Shown here piece by piece: positions 1 through 9,026 of a stretch of DNA of 64,000 bases. The stretch is from positions 171,502-235,501 of the forward strand of contig JAFVTQ010000002.1 in NCBI GenBank assembly GCA_017503135.1. Reading direction: 5' to 3'. The translations under genes and the position numbers were made by a program. The notes below the pieces were generated by a model. It was given only the letters and a program-made list of their open reading frames with translations. It had not been told where the DNA came from and ran no database searches. Source of the stretch: Clostridia bacterium (lineage in GTDB: Bacteria > Bacillota > Clostridia > Oscillospirales > Acutalibacteraceae). Position 1 is the first letter of the stretch. The number at the start of each line of letters is the position of its first letter.

Positions 1-1008
1 TATATATGTCGCACCGAGTGCTCTGTCGAAAAGACCGTAGCCTGGTTTTCCTGTTTCGCCCCAAATCATTCTACCGTGGTCGGGACGAACATATCCGTCA
101 AATCCAGTATCTACAAGTGCCTTAACTACCTCATACATATCAAGACTACCACAATCTGAAAGATGTCCGCTTTCTTCAAAACTTCCGTCTTCCATAATCA
201 AAATGTTTCTGATATGCATAAATGCAATTCGGTTCATTGCACTATATTTTCTAATCATTTTTACTACATCATTTGATTTTGCACAACCTAATGAGCCGGT
301 GCAAAGGCAAAGGCAGTTTGCCTCACTATCAACAAGTTTTAACATTCTGTCAATGTTTTCTTCGCAAGTGATAATTCTTGGAATACCAAAGATTGGGTAT
401 GGTGGGTCATCAGGGTGAATTGCCATTTTAACGCCACACTCTTCAGCCACAGGAATAACTTTTTTAAGGAATTTTTCAAGATTTTTCCAAAGTCCTTCTT
501 CGCCCAACTCACCATAAGCTGAAATTAATTCTCTTATTTCTTCTTGACTATAGCTTGAATCCCAACCGGGAAGATGAATGTCATCTTTGAGTGGGTCAAG
601 ACCTTTCATCTGCTCCCAATACATAACAAGACTTGTTGAGCCATCTTCTGCCTCTTTATCAAGCTGTGTACGAGTCCAGTCAAAAACAGGCATAAAGTTA
701 TATGTTACACATTTAACGCCATATTTTGCACAACGACGAATGTTTTCACAATAAACCTCTAAAAGCTCGTCCACATTATCTCTGCCGAGTTTAATGTTTT
801 CGTGCACAGGAATTGATTCAACAACATCAAAAACAAGACCGTTTTCTTCACATTGTTTTACCATTTTTTCAATTGACTCTTCCGGCCAAACCTCACCCGG
901 TTTTACATCATAAACAGCACTGACAATGCTTTTCATATTTGGAATTTGACGAATGTATTGCAACGAAATTGGGTCACTTTCGCCATACCAACGGAATGAC
1001 ATTTTCAT
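1..1008 (-). CDS. uxuA: Mannonate dehydratase, 3' end cut by the window edge
   Basis: Absent from the ORF track because it runs off the window. My minus-strand translation from ATG 1006-1008 gives MKMSFRWYGESDPISLQYIRQ...VVESIPVHENIKLG...YNFMPVFDWTRT...HPDDPP, colinear with UxuA. GGAGGG RBS at 1015-1020. Confidence 0.85.
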   Translation of the reverse strand, partial: MKMSFRWYGESDPISLQYIRQIPNMKSIVSAVYDVKPGEVWPEESIEKMVKQCEENGLVFDVVESIPVHENIKLGRDNVDELLEVYCENIRRCAKYGVKCVTYNFMPVFDWTRTQLDKEAEDGSTSLVMYWEQMKGLDPLKDDIHLPGWDSSYSQEEIRELISAYGELGEEGLWKNLEKFLKKVIPVAEECGVKMAIHPDDPPYPIFGIPRIITCEENIDRMLKLVDSEANCLCLCTGSLGCAKSNDVVKMIRKYSAMNRIAFMHIRNILIMEDGSFEESGHLSDCGSLDMYEVVKALVDTGFDGYVRPDHGRMIWGETGKPGYGLFDRALGATYI

Positions 1009-1104
1009 AATTTTCCCTCCAAGTTACCAAATTTACAAAATAATTTTATCACTATAATTTTTCTAATTCAATGTATTATTTATTGCTAATTTAGAAATTT
1101 TTTA

Positions 1105-1824
1105 TTACTTGTCCTTAAAATTGTCGTCGTTCTCCCAATACGCTACGTCGAATGGGTCTTTATCAGGGTCATAGACATCCCAAAGTTCGTGTTCAAACTC
1201 TTTAGGTTGTGATGGGCACTCGTTGATTGCTTCAACTTTCATTCCCCTTGACCAGATTGATGGGTCAACGCGCAGAGTATATCCACAACAAGACGGTGTG
1301 AGCCATTCGTGCATTGCTGCTTCAGGAAGTGCGTAAGTCTGCATAAGTGACATTATCACCCCACCGTGAGTAATAACAGCAGTATTTTTAACACCTGCTT
1401 TAATTACACCATCAACGATTTTTTCAAAACAATCACAAATTCTGTAATTAAATCTCACCTGACTGTCACCAAATGGTGCTGCTTTATTTGGGTTTGTGCC
1501 ACTAAGCCATTCTGCAAAATCTTCATCATCTTGCAATTCTTCTGCAGTTTTACCCTCAAATTCACCGAAGTCATATTCTCTCAAATCGTCAAGAATAATT
1601 GGGTTTTTGTCTGGATAAATTGCCTTTGCAGTTTCAATGCATCTTTTTAAAGGGCTTGAAAAAACAGCGTCAACTTCTGGATATTCACCATAATTTTCTT
1701 TAATATCTTTGAGTTGAGCCATTCCTTCTTCACACACAGACTCGTCAGTGTGACCGATGTATCTTCCTTCAAGACTACCCTTTGTGACTGCGTGGCGGAT
1801 TAAATGAATTTGGTAAGTTTTCAT
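1105..1824 (-). CDS. Histidine phosphatase family protein (phosphoglycerate mutase-like)
   Basis: N-terminal IHLIRHAVT...GHTD (RHG-type motif) and later THGGV, typical of the histidine phosphatase superfamily. Confidence 0.8.
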   Translation of the reverse strand: MKTYQIHLIRHAVTKGSLEGRYIGHTDESVCEEGMAQLKDIKENYGEYPEVDAVFSSPLKRCIETAKAIYPDKNPIILDDLREYDFGEFEGKTAEELQDDEDFAEWLSGTNPNKAAPFGDSQVRFNYRICDCFEKIVDGVIKAGVKNTAVITHGGVIMSLMQTYALPEAAMHEWLTPSCCGYTLRVDPSIWSRGMKVEAINECPSQPKEFEHELWDVYDPDKDPFDVAYWENDDNFKDK

Positions 1825-1918
1825 ATTAGAACTCCTAAAAATTTGTGATTAAATACAATATACAAAATGTTTAAAATATTATATAATTTCTATACTTTCA
1901 GTATAAAGGAATGATTTT

Positions 1919-2542
1919 GTGAGCACATCAATTTCATCAAGACTTATAAGTCTTAGAAAAGATAAAAACTTAAGTCAGAAAGAAGCAGCCGAGCACCTTG
2001 GCGTTTCTCAGGCTTTGCTCTCACACTATGAAAAAGGTATTCGTGAATGCGGCCTTGACTTTCTTTGCCGTGCATCTGCCTTTTATGATGTGAGCACCGA
2101 CTATCTTCTAGGTCTTACTGATAACAAGATGATGTCTGACGCACTTTTTGTTGATTATGAAATTCCACAAGACAGTGAAGTGAGAATGAGTACTGTTTTC
2201 CGTTCGTCTGTTTATATGCAAGAAAGACTTGGTGTTTATGGAAGAAACCACTCGTCAAAGGTCAGAGCTATTTATATTCTAACTCTTTATAAAGTTTATC
2301 TTTCTGCTTTGGTTAAGGGTGCTATTCCCGGTCACGAAAACGCTAAGAAAGAATTAGCACCATTTGTAACAACAAGTATGATTGACCATATTATCGACTC
2401 ACTTGTCTTTGAAGGCGATAACAAGCCAAAAAGAAGTGAACAGTTGCCAAAATCTATGGAAACTATCATTAATGAAGCAACTCGTCTTATTGATAGAGAA
2501 ATTGCAAGAATGTATAAATATTCCAATAAAGAATCAAAGTAA
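1919..2542 (+). CDS. XRE-family HTH transcriptional regulator with a C-terminal domain of unknown function
   Basis: LSQKEAAEHLGVSQALLSHYEKG...DYLLGLTD is a classic HTH_3 signature. GTG start with an AAAGGA RBS. Confidence 0.75.
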   Translation: MSTSISSRLISLRKDKNLSQKEAAEHLGVSQALLSHYEKGIRECGLDFLCRASAFYDVSTDYLLGLTDNKMMSDALFVDYEIPQDSEVRMSTVFRSSVYMQERLGVYGRNHSSKVRAIYILTLYKVYLSALVKGAIPGHENAKKELAPFVTTSMIDHIIDSLVFEGDNKPKRSEQLPKSMETIINEATRLIDREIARMYKYSNKESK

Positions 2543-3358
2543 TTCTTTATATATAAGACTTTTCTTTATGCCAGTATCAGCCGCAACGGTTTTTGCCGCT
2601 TCATTTACGCTGACACCCTTTAAAACTAAATCTTTTGCGAGCTCAACAGCCTGTTCTAATGTAACAGGTTGTTTTTCTTTTTGCTTTTCTACACCGGCGA
2701 TAATCAAAACATATTCGCCACGAGGGTCTTCTTTTTCAAAATATACACAAGCGCCACAAAGTGTTGTTCTCATAACATTTTCGTGGATTTTTGTAAGCTC
2801 TTTTACTATTGCGATTTCTCGGTCACCAAAAACTTTTTGCATATCTTTAAGTGTTGCTTTAAGTTTGTGTGGTGCTTCATAGAAAATCATCGTGCGAGTT
2901 TCATTTCGAAGCTCGTCCAAGTGTTCTTTTCGACTTGGTTTATTTGTACTTAAAAATCCCTCAAAAGTAAATCTGCCACTTTCCATTCCGCTGATTGCAA
3001 GAGCCGTTGCAAAAGCAGTTGGCCCCGGTACAGATTCAACAGGGATGTTGTTTTCATGACAAAGATAAACCAAGTCTTGTCCTGGGTCAGATATACAGGG
3101 CATTCCAGCATCTGTTACAATAGCGCAAGTTTCACCATCAAGAATACGCTTTATGATTATTTCGCCACGCTCACGGCGATTATGCTCATAATAGCTTATG
3201 AGTGGCTTTTTAAATTCAAATTTATTAAGAAGCTTTGTTGTGACTCTTGTGTCTTCAGCTGCAATAAAATCAACCGTTTGCAAAATTTCTTTTGCTCTTG
3301 GAGAAAAATCGGACAAATTACCGATAGGTGTGCCCACTACATATAATTTACCACTCAT
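2534..3358 (-). CDS. rsmI: 16S rRNA (cytidine1402-2'-O)-methyltransferase
   Basis: GKLYVVGTPIGNLSDFSPRA...IAAEDTR...DAGMPCISDPG, a tetrapyrrole-methylase-fold RsmI signature. Confidence 0.9.
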   Translation of the reverse strand: MSGKLYVVGTPIGNLSDFSPRAKEILQTVDFIAAEDTRVTTKLLNKFEFKKPLISYYEHNRRERGEIIIKRILDGETCAIVTDAGMPCISDPGQDLVYLCHENNIPVESVPGPTAFATALAISGMESGRFTFEGFLSTNKPSRKEHLDELRNETRTMIFYEAPHKLKATLKDMQKVFGDREIAIVKELTKIHENVMRTTLCGACVYFEKEDPRGEYVLIIAGVEKQKEKQPVTLEQAVELAKDLVLKGVSVNEAAKTVAADTGIKKSLIYKELL

Positions 3359-4110
3359 TTGTCCGTTTCCTTTCTGTATTTTTCTGTTATCTCCAGCATC
3401 TCATCTGTAAGAGTGCCGTCATCATTATACGCTATAAAAGGCTTGTCCACTTTTAAACCATTTTTTGCACCACGCTTGCCCTCTATCAACACAAGCCATG
3501 GTTGAGTGTCACCTTTTTTAGACACAAAGCGCAATCTTTTAGGCTCAATGCCATTATTTCTCATTGCCATCATTGCATCAAAAACTCTTTCGGGGCGATG
3601 ACAAATACAGAATTTGCCACCAAAACGCAAAAGTTTTGAAGCACTTTTTGCAATATCATCCATATTACAAAAAGTTTCGTGACGGGCGATAGTTGCGCTT
3701 TCGTCTTCATTTTTTATTCCACCATTCTCGATTTTATAAGGTGGATTCATTGTAACCAAATCAAAGCTTGCAAGGGTTAACCCTTCAAGATTTTTCAAAT
3801 CTCTATTATAGAGAGTAATTTTATCTGTATTATTGAGAATAATTGAGCGTTTAACCTGATTGCAAGCATTTTCTTGTATTTCAACAGCGGATATTTCACT
3901 GCATTTTCCGTCTCTCAACCAAAGGAATGGAATTATTCCACACCCTGTGCCGAAATCACAAGCAACGTCATTTCTTTTAGGGTTTGCAAATGCGGCTAAA
4001 AGCATTGCATCTGTGCCAAAGGTATGTTGCTTCGATACTACAACTTTTATGTCACACCCTAAATCTTCAATATGCTCACCATCATACAATGTGATGCTAT
4101 CAGTCAACAT
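3355..4110 (-). CDS. SAM-dependent methyltransferase, tRNA1(Val) m6A37 (TrmN6/YfiC)-like
   Basis: DFGTGCGIIP SAM-binding motif and the NPPY catalytic motif. ATGA overlap with rsmI. Confidence 0.75.
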   Translation of the reverse strand: MLTDSITLYDGEHIEDLGCDIKVVVSKQHTFGTDAMLLAAFANPKRNDVACDFGTGCGIIPFLWLRDGKCSEISAVEIQENACNQVKRSIILNNTDKITLYNRDLKNLEGLTLASFDLVTMNPPYKIENGGIKNEDESATIARHETFCNMDDIAKSASKLLRFGGKFCICHRPERVFDAMMAMRNNGIEPKRLRFVSKKGDTQPWLVLIEGKRGAKNGLKVDKPFIAYNDDGTLTDEMLEITEKYRKETDK

Positions 4111-4843
4111 AAATATCCTCTACATCTTCCATACTTCTGATTGTGCTTAAAATTATTGAGAGAGAGTCGTCATTTTTAGGGAATACAAGAATTTTAATAA
4201 CAGAAGTATCTTTTCTATGCTTGAATTTTAAATCCTTTGCTTCTGTGTAAACAACTTCCATTGAATGAATTGTTCCGCCACATTGTTTAATTGTTTTTGT
4301 GATAAGCGGAATTTGTGTGCCCACATCTTTAATTTCAATAAAGAGAAGCTTGCCTGCTGAACCACGCACAATAAATCTCTTCAATGAGTTAAGTGTGAGA
4401 TAAATAACAAATGTTGCCACCAAAGCACCGACAATGTAACCGGCACCAACTGCGATACCTATACAAGAAACTGCCCAAAGAGATGCAGCAGTTGTAAGAC
4501 CTTTAACTGAAAAGCCTTCACGAAGAATTGTACCTGCGCCCAAGAAACCGATACCGCTGATTACCTGTGCGCTCATTCTTGTAACATCAGTTACCATACC
4601 CTGGTCTTTTGCGATATAAACTGATGTGAGCATTACAAGAGCAGAGCCGACTGACACAAGAATATGTGTTCTGAAACCTGCCGGACGATGTGAGTGTTCA
4701 CGCTCAAAGCCAATTATACCGCTAAGTAATGCTGCAAGACCAATTTTCACAAGAGCGTCAATAGTAAATCTGACTTCATCAAAACCCCAAAGCCACAAGA
4801 AACCATCTTTAATTGTATTTAAAATTTCTGACAAAGCTGTCAT
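4100..4843 (-). CDS. MgtC/SapB family membrane protein with a C-terminal ACT-like domain
   Basis: GIIGFEREHSHRPAGFRTHILVSVGSAL...ISGIGFLGAG is the MgtC family signature. Confidence 0.85.
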   Translation of the reverse strand: MTALSEILNTIKDGFLWLWGFDEVRFTIDALVKIGLAALLSGIIGFEREHSHRPAGFRTHILVSVGSALVMLTSVYIAKDQGMVTDVTRMSAQVISGIGFLGAGTILREGFSVKGLTTAASLWAVSCIGIAVGAGYIVGALVATFVIYLTLNSLKRFIVRGSAGKLLFIEIKDVGTQIPLITKTIKQCGGTIHSMEVVYTEAKDLKFKHRKDTSVIKILVFPKNDDSLSIILSTIRSMEDVEDIYVD

Positions 4844-4851
4844 CCCCTAAA

Positions 4852-7584
4852 TTATTTTTTTCGCAATATTGGGAGCACACTGAGCACTGCTGCCCAGATT
4901 CCCTGATACAATATAATTTGCCAAACGCCAATTTGTGAAAGTCCTGAAAGACTTGCAAGCAAAGTAACAATCGCAACACCCAGGAACGATGATACGAACT
5001 GGATAATCTTTGATGTGTTCACATAAGAATTTATAGCAAACGCACTGTGAAGAGCAGAGAACATTGTCTTTGCGCTACCATCGTGCATTATCATTGCATC
5101 TGCTCGGTCAATTTCGCTATTTTTCACCTTTGTGAACATTTCACCTGCAATAGGATTGATAATCTTCACAACATTTGAAGGAAGACCGAATTCTGATTCA
5201 ATGAATTCTTCTGTAATATTTGCATCAGATGTTCTGAAGAAGATTGTAAGACCATCTTTTTCAAGTTCTTGCATATATCTTGCTGTTTCTTCGTTAGCTT
5301 TATAAACAACCACAAACATTGCAGCGATTTTACCCTCAATAGCAAGATAAATCACATTTCTGCCATTCTGCTTGAATTTATTTTCAAGGTCTTCATCAGG
5401 AGTTTCAACATTATGATGAACAAGCAATTCTCTGTTGCCTACGAGAACTCTGTGATTATGAATCCAGCAAGAACAACCTAATTTTTCTTCATAAGCCAAA
5501 GACTCAACCGGGAATAAAAGTTCTTGCTTGCCAATGATTACACCGTTGAAAATATCTGAAAGAACTCCACCTGATTCAATAATAACTGATGCTGTGTAAA
5601 GAATTGCTTCGTCAATTCTCATTTTATGATAGAGCTTAATACCCTCAATATTGCAACCGCCACTAACGAAAGCATCACAAGCATCTACCATTATGCCATT
5701 TGAGTTAACTGCATCTTCAACAGCGCTGTAACCATTAATCAAAGAGCCTTCTTCATTAAGTTTTTTGTTCTCTGCATAGAGATTTGAAATTGCACAAAGA
5801 CTTGCAGTTAATGGAAGTCCCATAAGCACAGCGCTTGTGAATGCGCTGACACCAACAAAAGCATTCGTTGAGATAATTCCAAAAATTATGCCGACCAACA
5901 AAGCAACACCTGAAACTGCAGGAACTGCAATTTTAAGTAATGGTCCTGTAACCTCTGCTGAACGGGAAAGCTCAACAAATCTTGCAGGGAAGCCGATGTT
6001 TGCCGAATATTTAATATCGGGATTACCAAGCATTAAACCACGGGCAATTTCGTTTGCAGTATCTTCGTCGCCAATATTTTGAACACAATAAAATTCGCTT
6101 TCTTCATCTGACACGATTTCAAAGTTTGCAATATCACCTTTGCAACGGATAAGCTCGCCAACTGTTTTTAAAATCATTGGCAAAACTGCTGCACCTGCCA
6201 ACAATCTTGCGCTTGATTCAACACTATCTGTAAAGCCGAATCCCACAAGGCACTGCAAAACACCTGCAACTGCTGACACAAGAATTACTGTATTCATATC
6301 AAAAACTTTATTTTTAAGTCCTTTGATTGCATCAACAAAACTACGGTAGCAAACACCACAAGCAACAAACAATAAAATGAGTTGAATTGCAACATAAACA
6401 TATTCGTTATTGCCATAAATCTCAAAATTGCCGTTTTCTGCACCTGCAACTGCTGCAAGTAATGACATTATAATGCAAATTGCTGAAAGACCTGAAAGCT
6501 TTGCAACGAGGCTCTTTTTCTCTGCTTCAAAAACTCTGTAAACGGCATTTGTATCTTTGGGACCGTAATATTCACGGGCAACTGACACTTTTCGTCTTTC
6601 AAAACGACGTTTTGGTGTTGGTGCACCAATTTCGCCATCTTCAACTTCTTGTTTGAAAATCAAGCCACCATTCATAAAGTTGTCAACAACAGTTTTTCTT
6701 GTTTCACGAAGCTCTGCTTCTGCTTCTTCTTCAGATTGTTGCATAATTGGTTCATCGTCTGCACCAAAGCCTTCAAGCATAATCTGATTATCTGAATAAA
6801 TATCCTTTTCTTCTGGTGCAATAACAGGATTTTTCTTTTCTTGCTCCAACTCATATTCTGCCGGAACAATAACGGGTAATGGCTCAATGCCATCCGTATT
6901 TGCTTTGAATACGCTATTCTTTTTAACAACAATACCGGGAGTCTCAATGGTCTTTTCGGGGAGGGACTCAATGAGCTTACGGTGTTCCTGTGTCTTTTCA
7001 ATATTCTGCACAGGACGATTCATAAAATGCTTTCTGTATTTTTCTTCGCTCATAACAGGAGTTGAGAGTGGGTCACCCTCGCCTGTTGTAGTTCTAACGA
7101 CCTTATTTCCTAAATTATGAGAAATGTTGGGATTATATTCCCCACGGATTTTAACTTCGTTGAACATTCTTGTTTTTTCAATAGAAATCTGACCGCTGAC
7201 AGATTTAAGCTCTTCTTTGGGCTCTTCTATTTCTTCAAAAACTTCTTCGCTACCGATTTTTGTGCCGTCAGCAGAAAAGCCGATTTGTCCGCTTTCTTCC
7301 ACATGAGTACTCATATCTTCTGTGACTTTTGGCAAAACCACAGTTTTTTCTGTTTCAGCTATTTCAGAAATATTCACTTTGAATTTTTCTTTAACTTCTT
7401 CTTTTGGCAACGAAGAAATCACCATTGTTTTTTCTTCTGCCATTTTTGAAGGCACACTTTCTTTGATGTCTTCTAACAAGGCATCAACATTTGCAGAAGA
7501 AACATCTTCTGTGTCTGCCACTTCATATTTTTTTACGGATGCGAGAATCTCATCAATGAGAGAATCTGGAATTCTGTCTGCCAT
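4852..7584 (-). CDS. Large membrane protein: acidic N-terminal region of about 330 aa plus a degenerate P1B-type ATPase-like core
   Basis: The TM region (KGLKNKVFDMNTVILVSAVAG) and C-terminus (VLVGNRELL...GRNVIYLAIEGKIAAMFVV...) are colinear with CopA-type ATPases. DKTGT is replaced (VDACDAF), TGD becomes TSD, GDGIND becomes HDGSAK, and CPC is absent. Confidence 0.6.
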   Translation of the reverse strand: MADRIPDSLIDEILASVKKYEVADTEDVSSANVDALLEDIKESVPSKMAEEKTMVISSLPKEEVKEKFKVNISEIAETEKTVVLPKVTEDMSTHVEESGQIGFSADGTKIGSEEVFEEIEEPKEELKSVSGQISIEKTRMFNEVKIRGEYNPNISHNLGNKVVRTTTGEGDPLSTPVMSEEKYRKHFMNRPVQNIEKTQEHRKLIESLPEKTIETPGIVVKKNSVFKANTDGIEPLPVIVPAEYELEQEKKNPVIAPEEKDIYSDNQIMLEGFGADDEPIMQQSEEEAEAELRETRKTVVDNFMNGGLIFKQEVEDGEIGAPTPKRRFERRKVSVAREYYGPKDTNAVYRVFEAEKKSLVAKLSGLSAICIIMSLLAAVAGAENGNFEIYGNNEYVYVAIQLILLFVACGVCYRSFVDAIKGLKNKVFDMNTVILVSAVAGVLQCLVGFGFTDSVESSARLLAGAAVLPMILKTVGELIRCKGDIANFEIVSDEESEFYCVQNIGDEDTANEIARGLMLGNPDIKYSANIGFPARFVELSRSAEVTGPLLKIAVPAVSGVALLVGIIFGIISTNAFVGVSAFTSAVLMGLPLTASLCAISNLYAENKKLNEEGSLINGYSAVEDAVNSNGIMVDACDAFVSGGCNIEGIKLYHKMRIDEAILYTASVIIESGGVLSDIFNGVIIGKQELLFPVESLAYEEKLGCSCWIHNHRVLVGNRELLVHHNVETPDEDLENKFKQNGRNVIYLAIEGKIAAMFVVVYKANEETARYMQELEKDGLTIFFRTSDANITEEFIESEFGLPSNVVKIINPIAGEMFTKVKNSEIDRADAMIMHDGSAKTMFSALHSAFAINSYVNTSKIIQFVSSFLGVAIVTLLASLSGLSQIGVWQIILYQGIWAAVLSVLPILRKK

Positions 7585-7619
7585 AATAAAGTCCCCCGAA
7601 AAATTTATTATAGTTAATT

Positions 7620-8381
7620 TTATCTTTGATTAGAGAATTCATACATTAAAATGCCACCCGCTACGGAAGCATTAAGTGAATTAATTTGACCTTTCATTTT
7701 AAGTGAAATAATAAAGTCGCATTTTTCACGAACAATTCTGCTCATTCCGTCACCCTCTGAGCCGATAACGAGCACTGCTGCACCATCAAGATTTGTTGAA
7801 CGGACATCCTGACCATCCATATCCGCACCATAAACCCACAAGCCTTTTTCTTTTAACTCATCGAGAGTTGACGCAAGGTTTGCCACACGGGCAACTTTCA
7901 TATATTCGAGTGCGCCCGCGCTGGTTTTGCCAACAGTATAGTTGAGCGATGCGCTTCTGCGTTTTGGAATAATTATTCCGTGCACGCCTGCAGCTTCAGC
8001 AGTACGGATAATTGCACCTAAATTGTGTGGGTCTTCAATTCCGTCACAAGCCACAATGAACGGTGCTTCGTTTCGCTCTTCGGCAACCTTTAATATTTCT
8101 TCAACGGTTGAATAATCGTGAGCTGCACATATTGCTGCAACACCTTGGTGGTTGTTGTGACCACACATAAAGTCAAGTTTCTTCTTATCAACTTCTTTAA
8201 CCACAGCGCCTTTTTCACGACATTCACCGATTATTTTACCAAGTGAGCCACCCTTTTCACCACGCACAACAAAGAGTGTATCAATCTCTCTACCTGACTT
8301 GATAAGCTCTGTCACGGCATTTCGTCCTATGATTAAATCCTTTTGTCTTTCTTCATTGAATTTGTCAATTTTATTATCCAT
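7620..8381 (-). CDS. rlmB: 23S rRNA (guanosine2251-2'-O)-methyltransferase, TrmH/SpoU family
   Basis: The SpoU_sub_bind plus SpoU methylase pattern (GRNAVTEL...HQGV...PHNLGAIIRTAEAAG...SLNASVA). The ORF track starts at 8402, but a GGAG RBS precedes the ATG at 8381 (MDNKIDKF). Confidence 0.85.
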   Translation of the reverse strand: MDNKIDKFNEERQKDLIIGRNAVTELIKSGREIDTLFVVRGEKGGSLGKIIGECREKGAVVKEVDKKKLDFMCGHNNHQGVAAICAAHDYSTVEEILKVAEERNEAPFIVACDGIEDPHNLGAIIRTAEAAGVHGIIIPKRRSASLNYTVGKTSAGALEYMKVARVANLASTLDELKEKGLWVYGADMDGQDVRSTNLDGAAVLVIGSEGDGMSRIVREKCDFIISLKMKGQINSLNASVAGGILMYEFSNQR

Positions 8382-8429
8382 TTTCCTACTCCGTTCGGGC
8401 ATAGTTACACATATTATTTTTAATATCTT

Positions 8430-8458
8430 ATTATAACAAATATCTTGTGATTTTACAA
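8430..8458 (-). promoter_or_regulatory. Sigma-70-type promoter for the rlmB operon
   Basis: Minus strand reads TTGTAA (8458-8453), a 17 nt spacer, then TATAAT (8435-8430). Confidence 0.5.
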
Positions 8459-8597
8459 GATAAAATTAACAATATATAGTGTTTATGTGCATATTTTTTC
8501 GTGTTTTTTCATTATATTTTGTATTTTAACAACACAATTTTGCAAAAGATGTAATACATCATCAAACCAACTTTAAAATTTAACTTTTATAAATAAA

Positions 8598-9006
8598 AAT
8601 ACCGCGAGCCGAAAGACACGCGGTATTGTGAAAAAAACTATAATATAAATTGAATTATTTTTTTGTTAGGCAATCTTGCAAGAGTTTCTTTTTGAGCAGA
8701 TTTTGCGTCAGACAAGGCGTGTCTTCGAAGAAATATGCAGATATTTCGAGAAGGCACAACAAAATATAAAAAAACCTATACAATAAAATTGAATTATTTT
8801 TTCGCAAGACAATGTGTCAGAGGCGAAGCTGTATAAAAATACCGCGAGCCAAATGACACACGGTATTGCTATATATGAAAATTGATTTTTTATTTTTGAG
8901 CAGATTTTTCGTTGGGAAACCTACTATAAATTGAGTTATTTTTTTGTTAGGCAATCTTGCCGAGACGAAGCTGTATATAGATACCGCGAGTCGAGAGCAA
9001 GGAAGC
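8598..9006. repeat. About three imperfect tandem copies of a ~140 bp intergenic unit that carries terminator hairpins
   Basis: Three sub-blocks recur. AATACCGCGAGCC..ACGCGGTATT is at 8598-8627 and 8838-8867, with a truncated copy at 8981-8990. ATTGA(A/G)TTATTTTTT(TGTTAGGCAATCTTGC) is at 8649-8679, 8788-8816 and 8930-8960. TTTTTGAGCAGATTTT is at about 8690 and 8893. Confidence 0.8.
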
Positions 9007-9026
9007 ATAACAGAAAAAGAACCAAT

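Noticed and set aside
203-418. 71 aa plus-strand ORF at the window start
   Set aside because: It lies antisense within the uxuA coding region, which translates cleanly on the minus strand.
2534-2542. 9 bp convergent overlap between the XRE regulator and rsmI
   Set aside because: The overlap is real in the sequence. It is a trivial 3'-3' overlap without obvious regulatory meaning, so it is not reported as a finding.
8598-9006. Possible CRISPR array
   Set aside because: The repeat units are long (about 140 bp) and degenerate, and they are not separated by unique spacers of uniform size. No cas genes or leader are present in the window.
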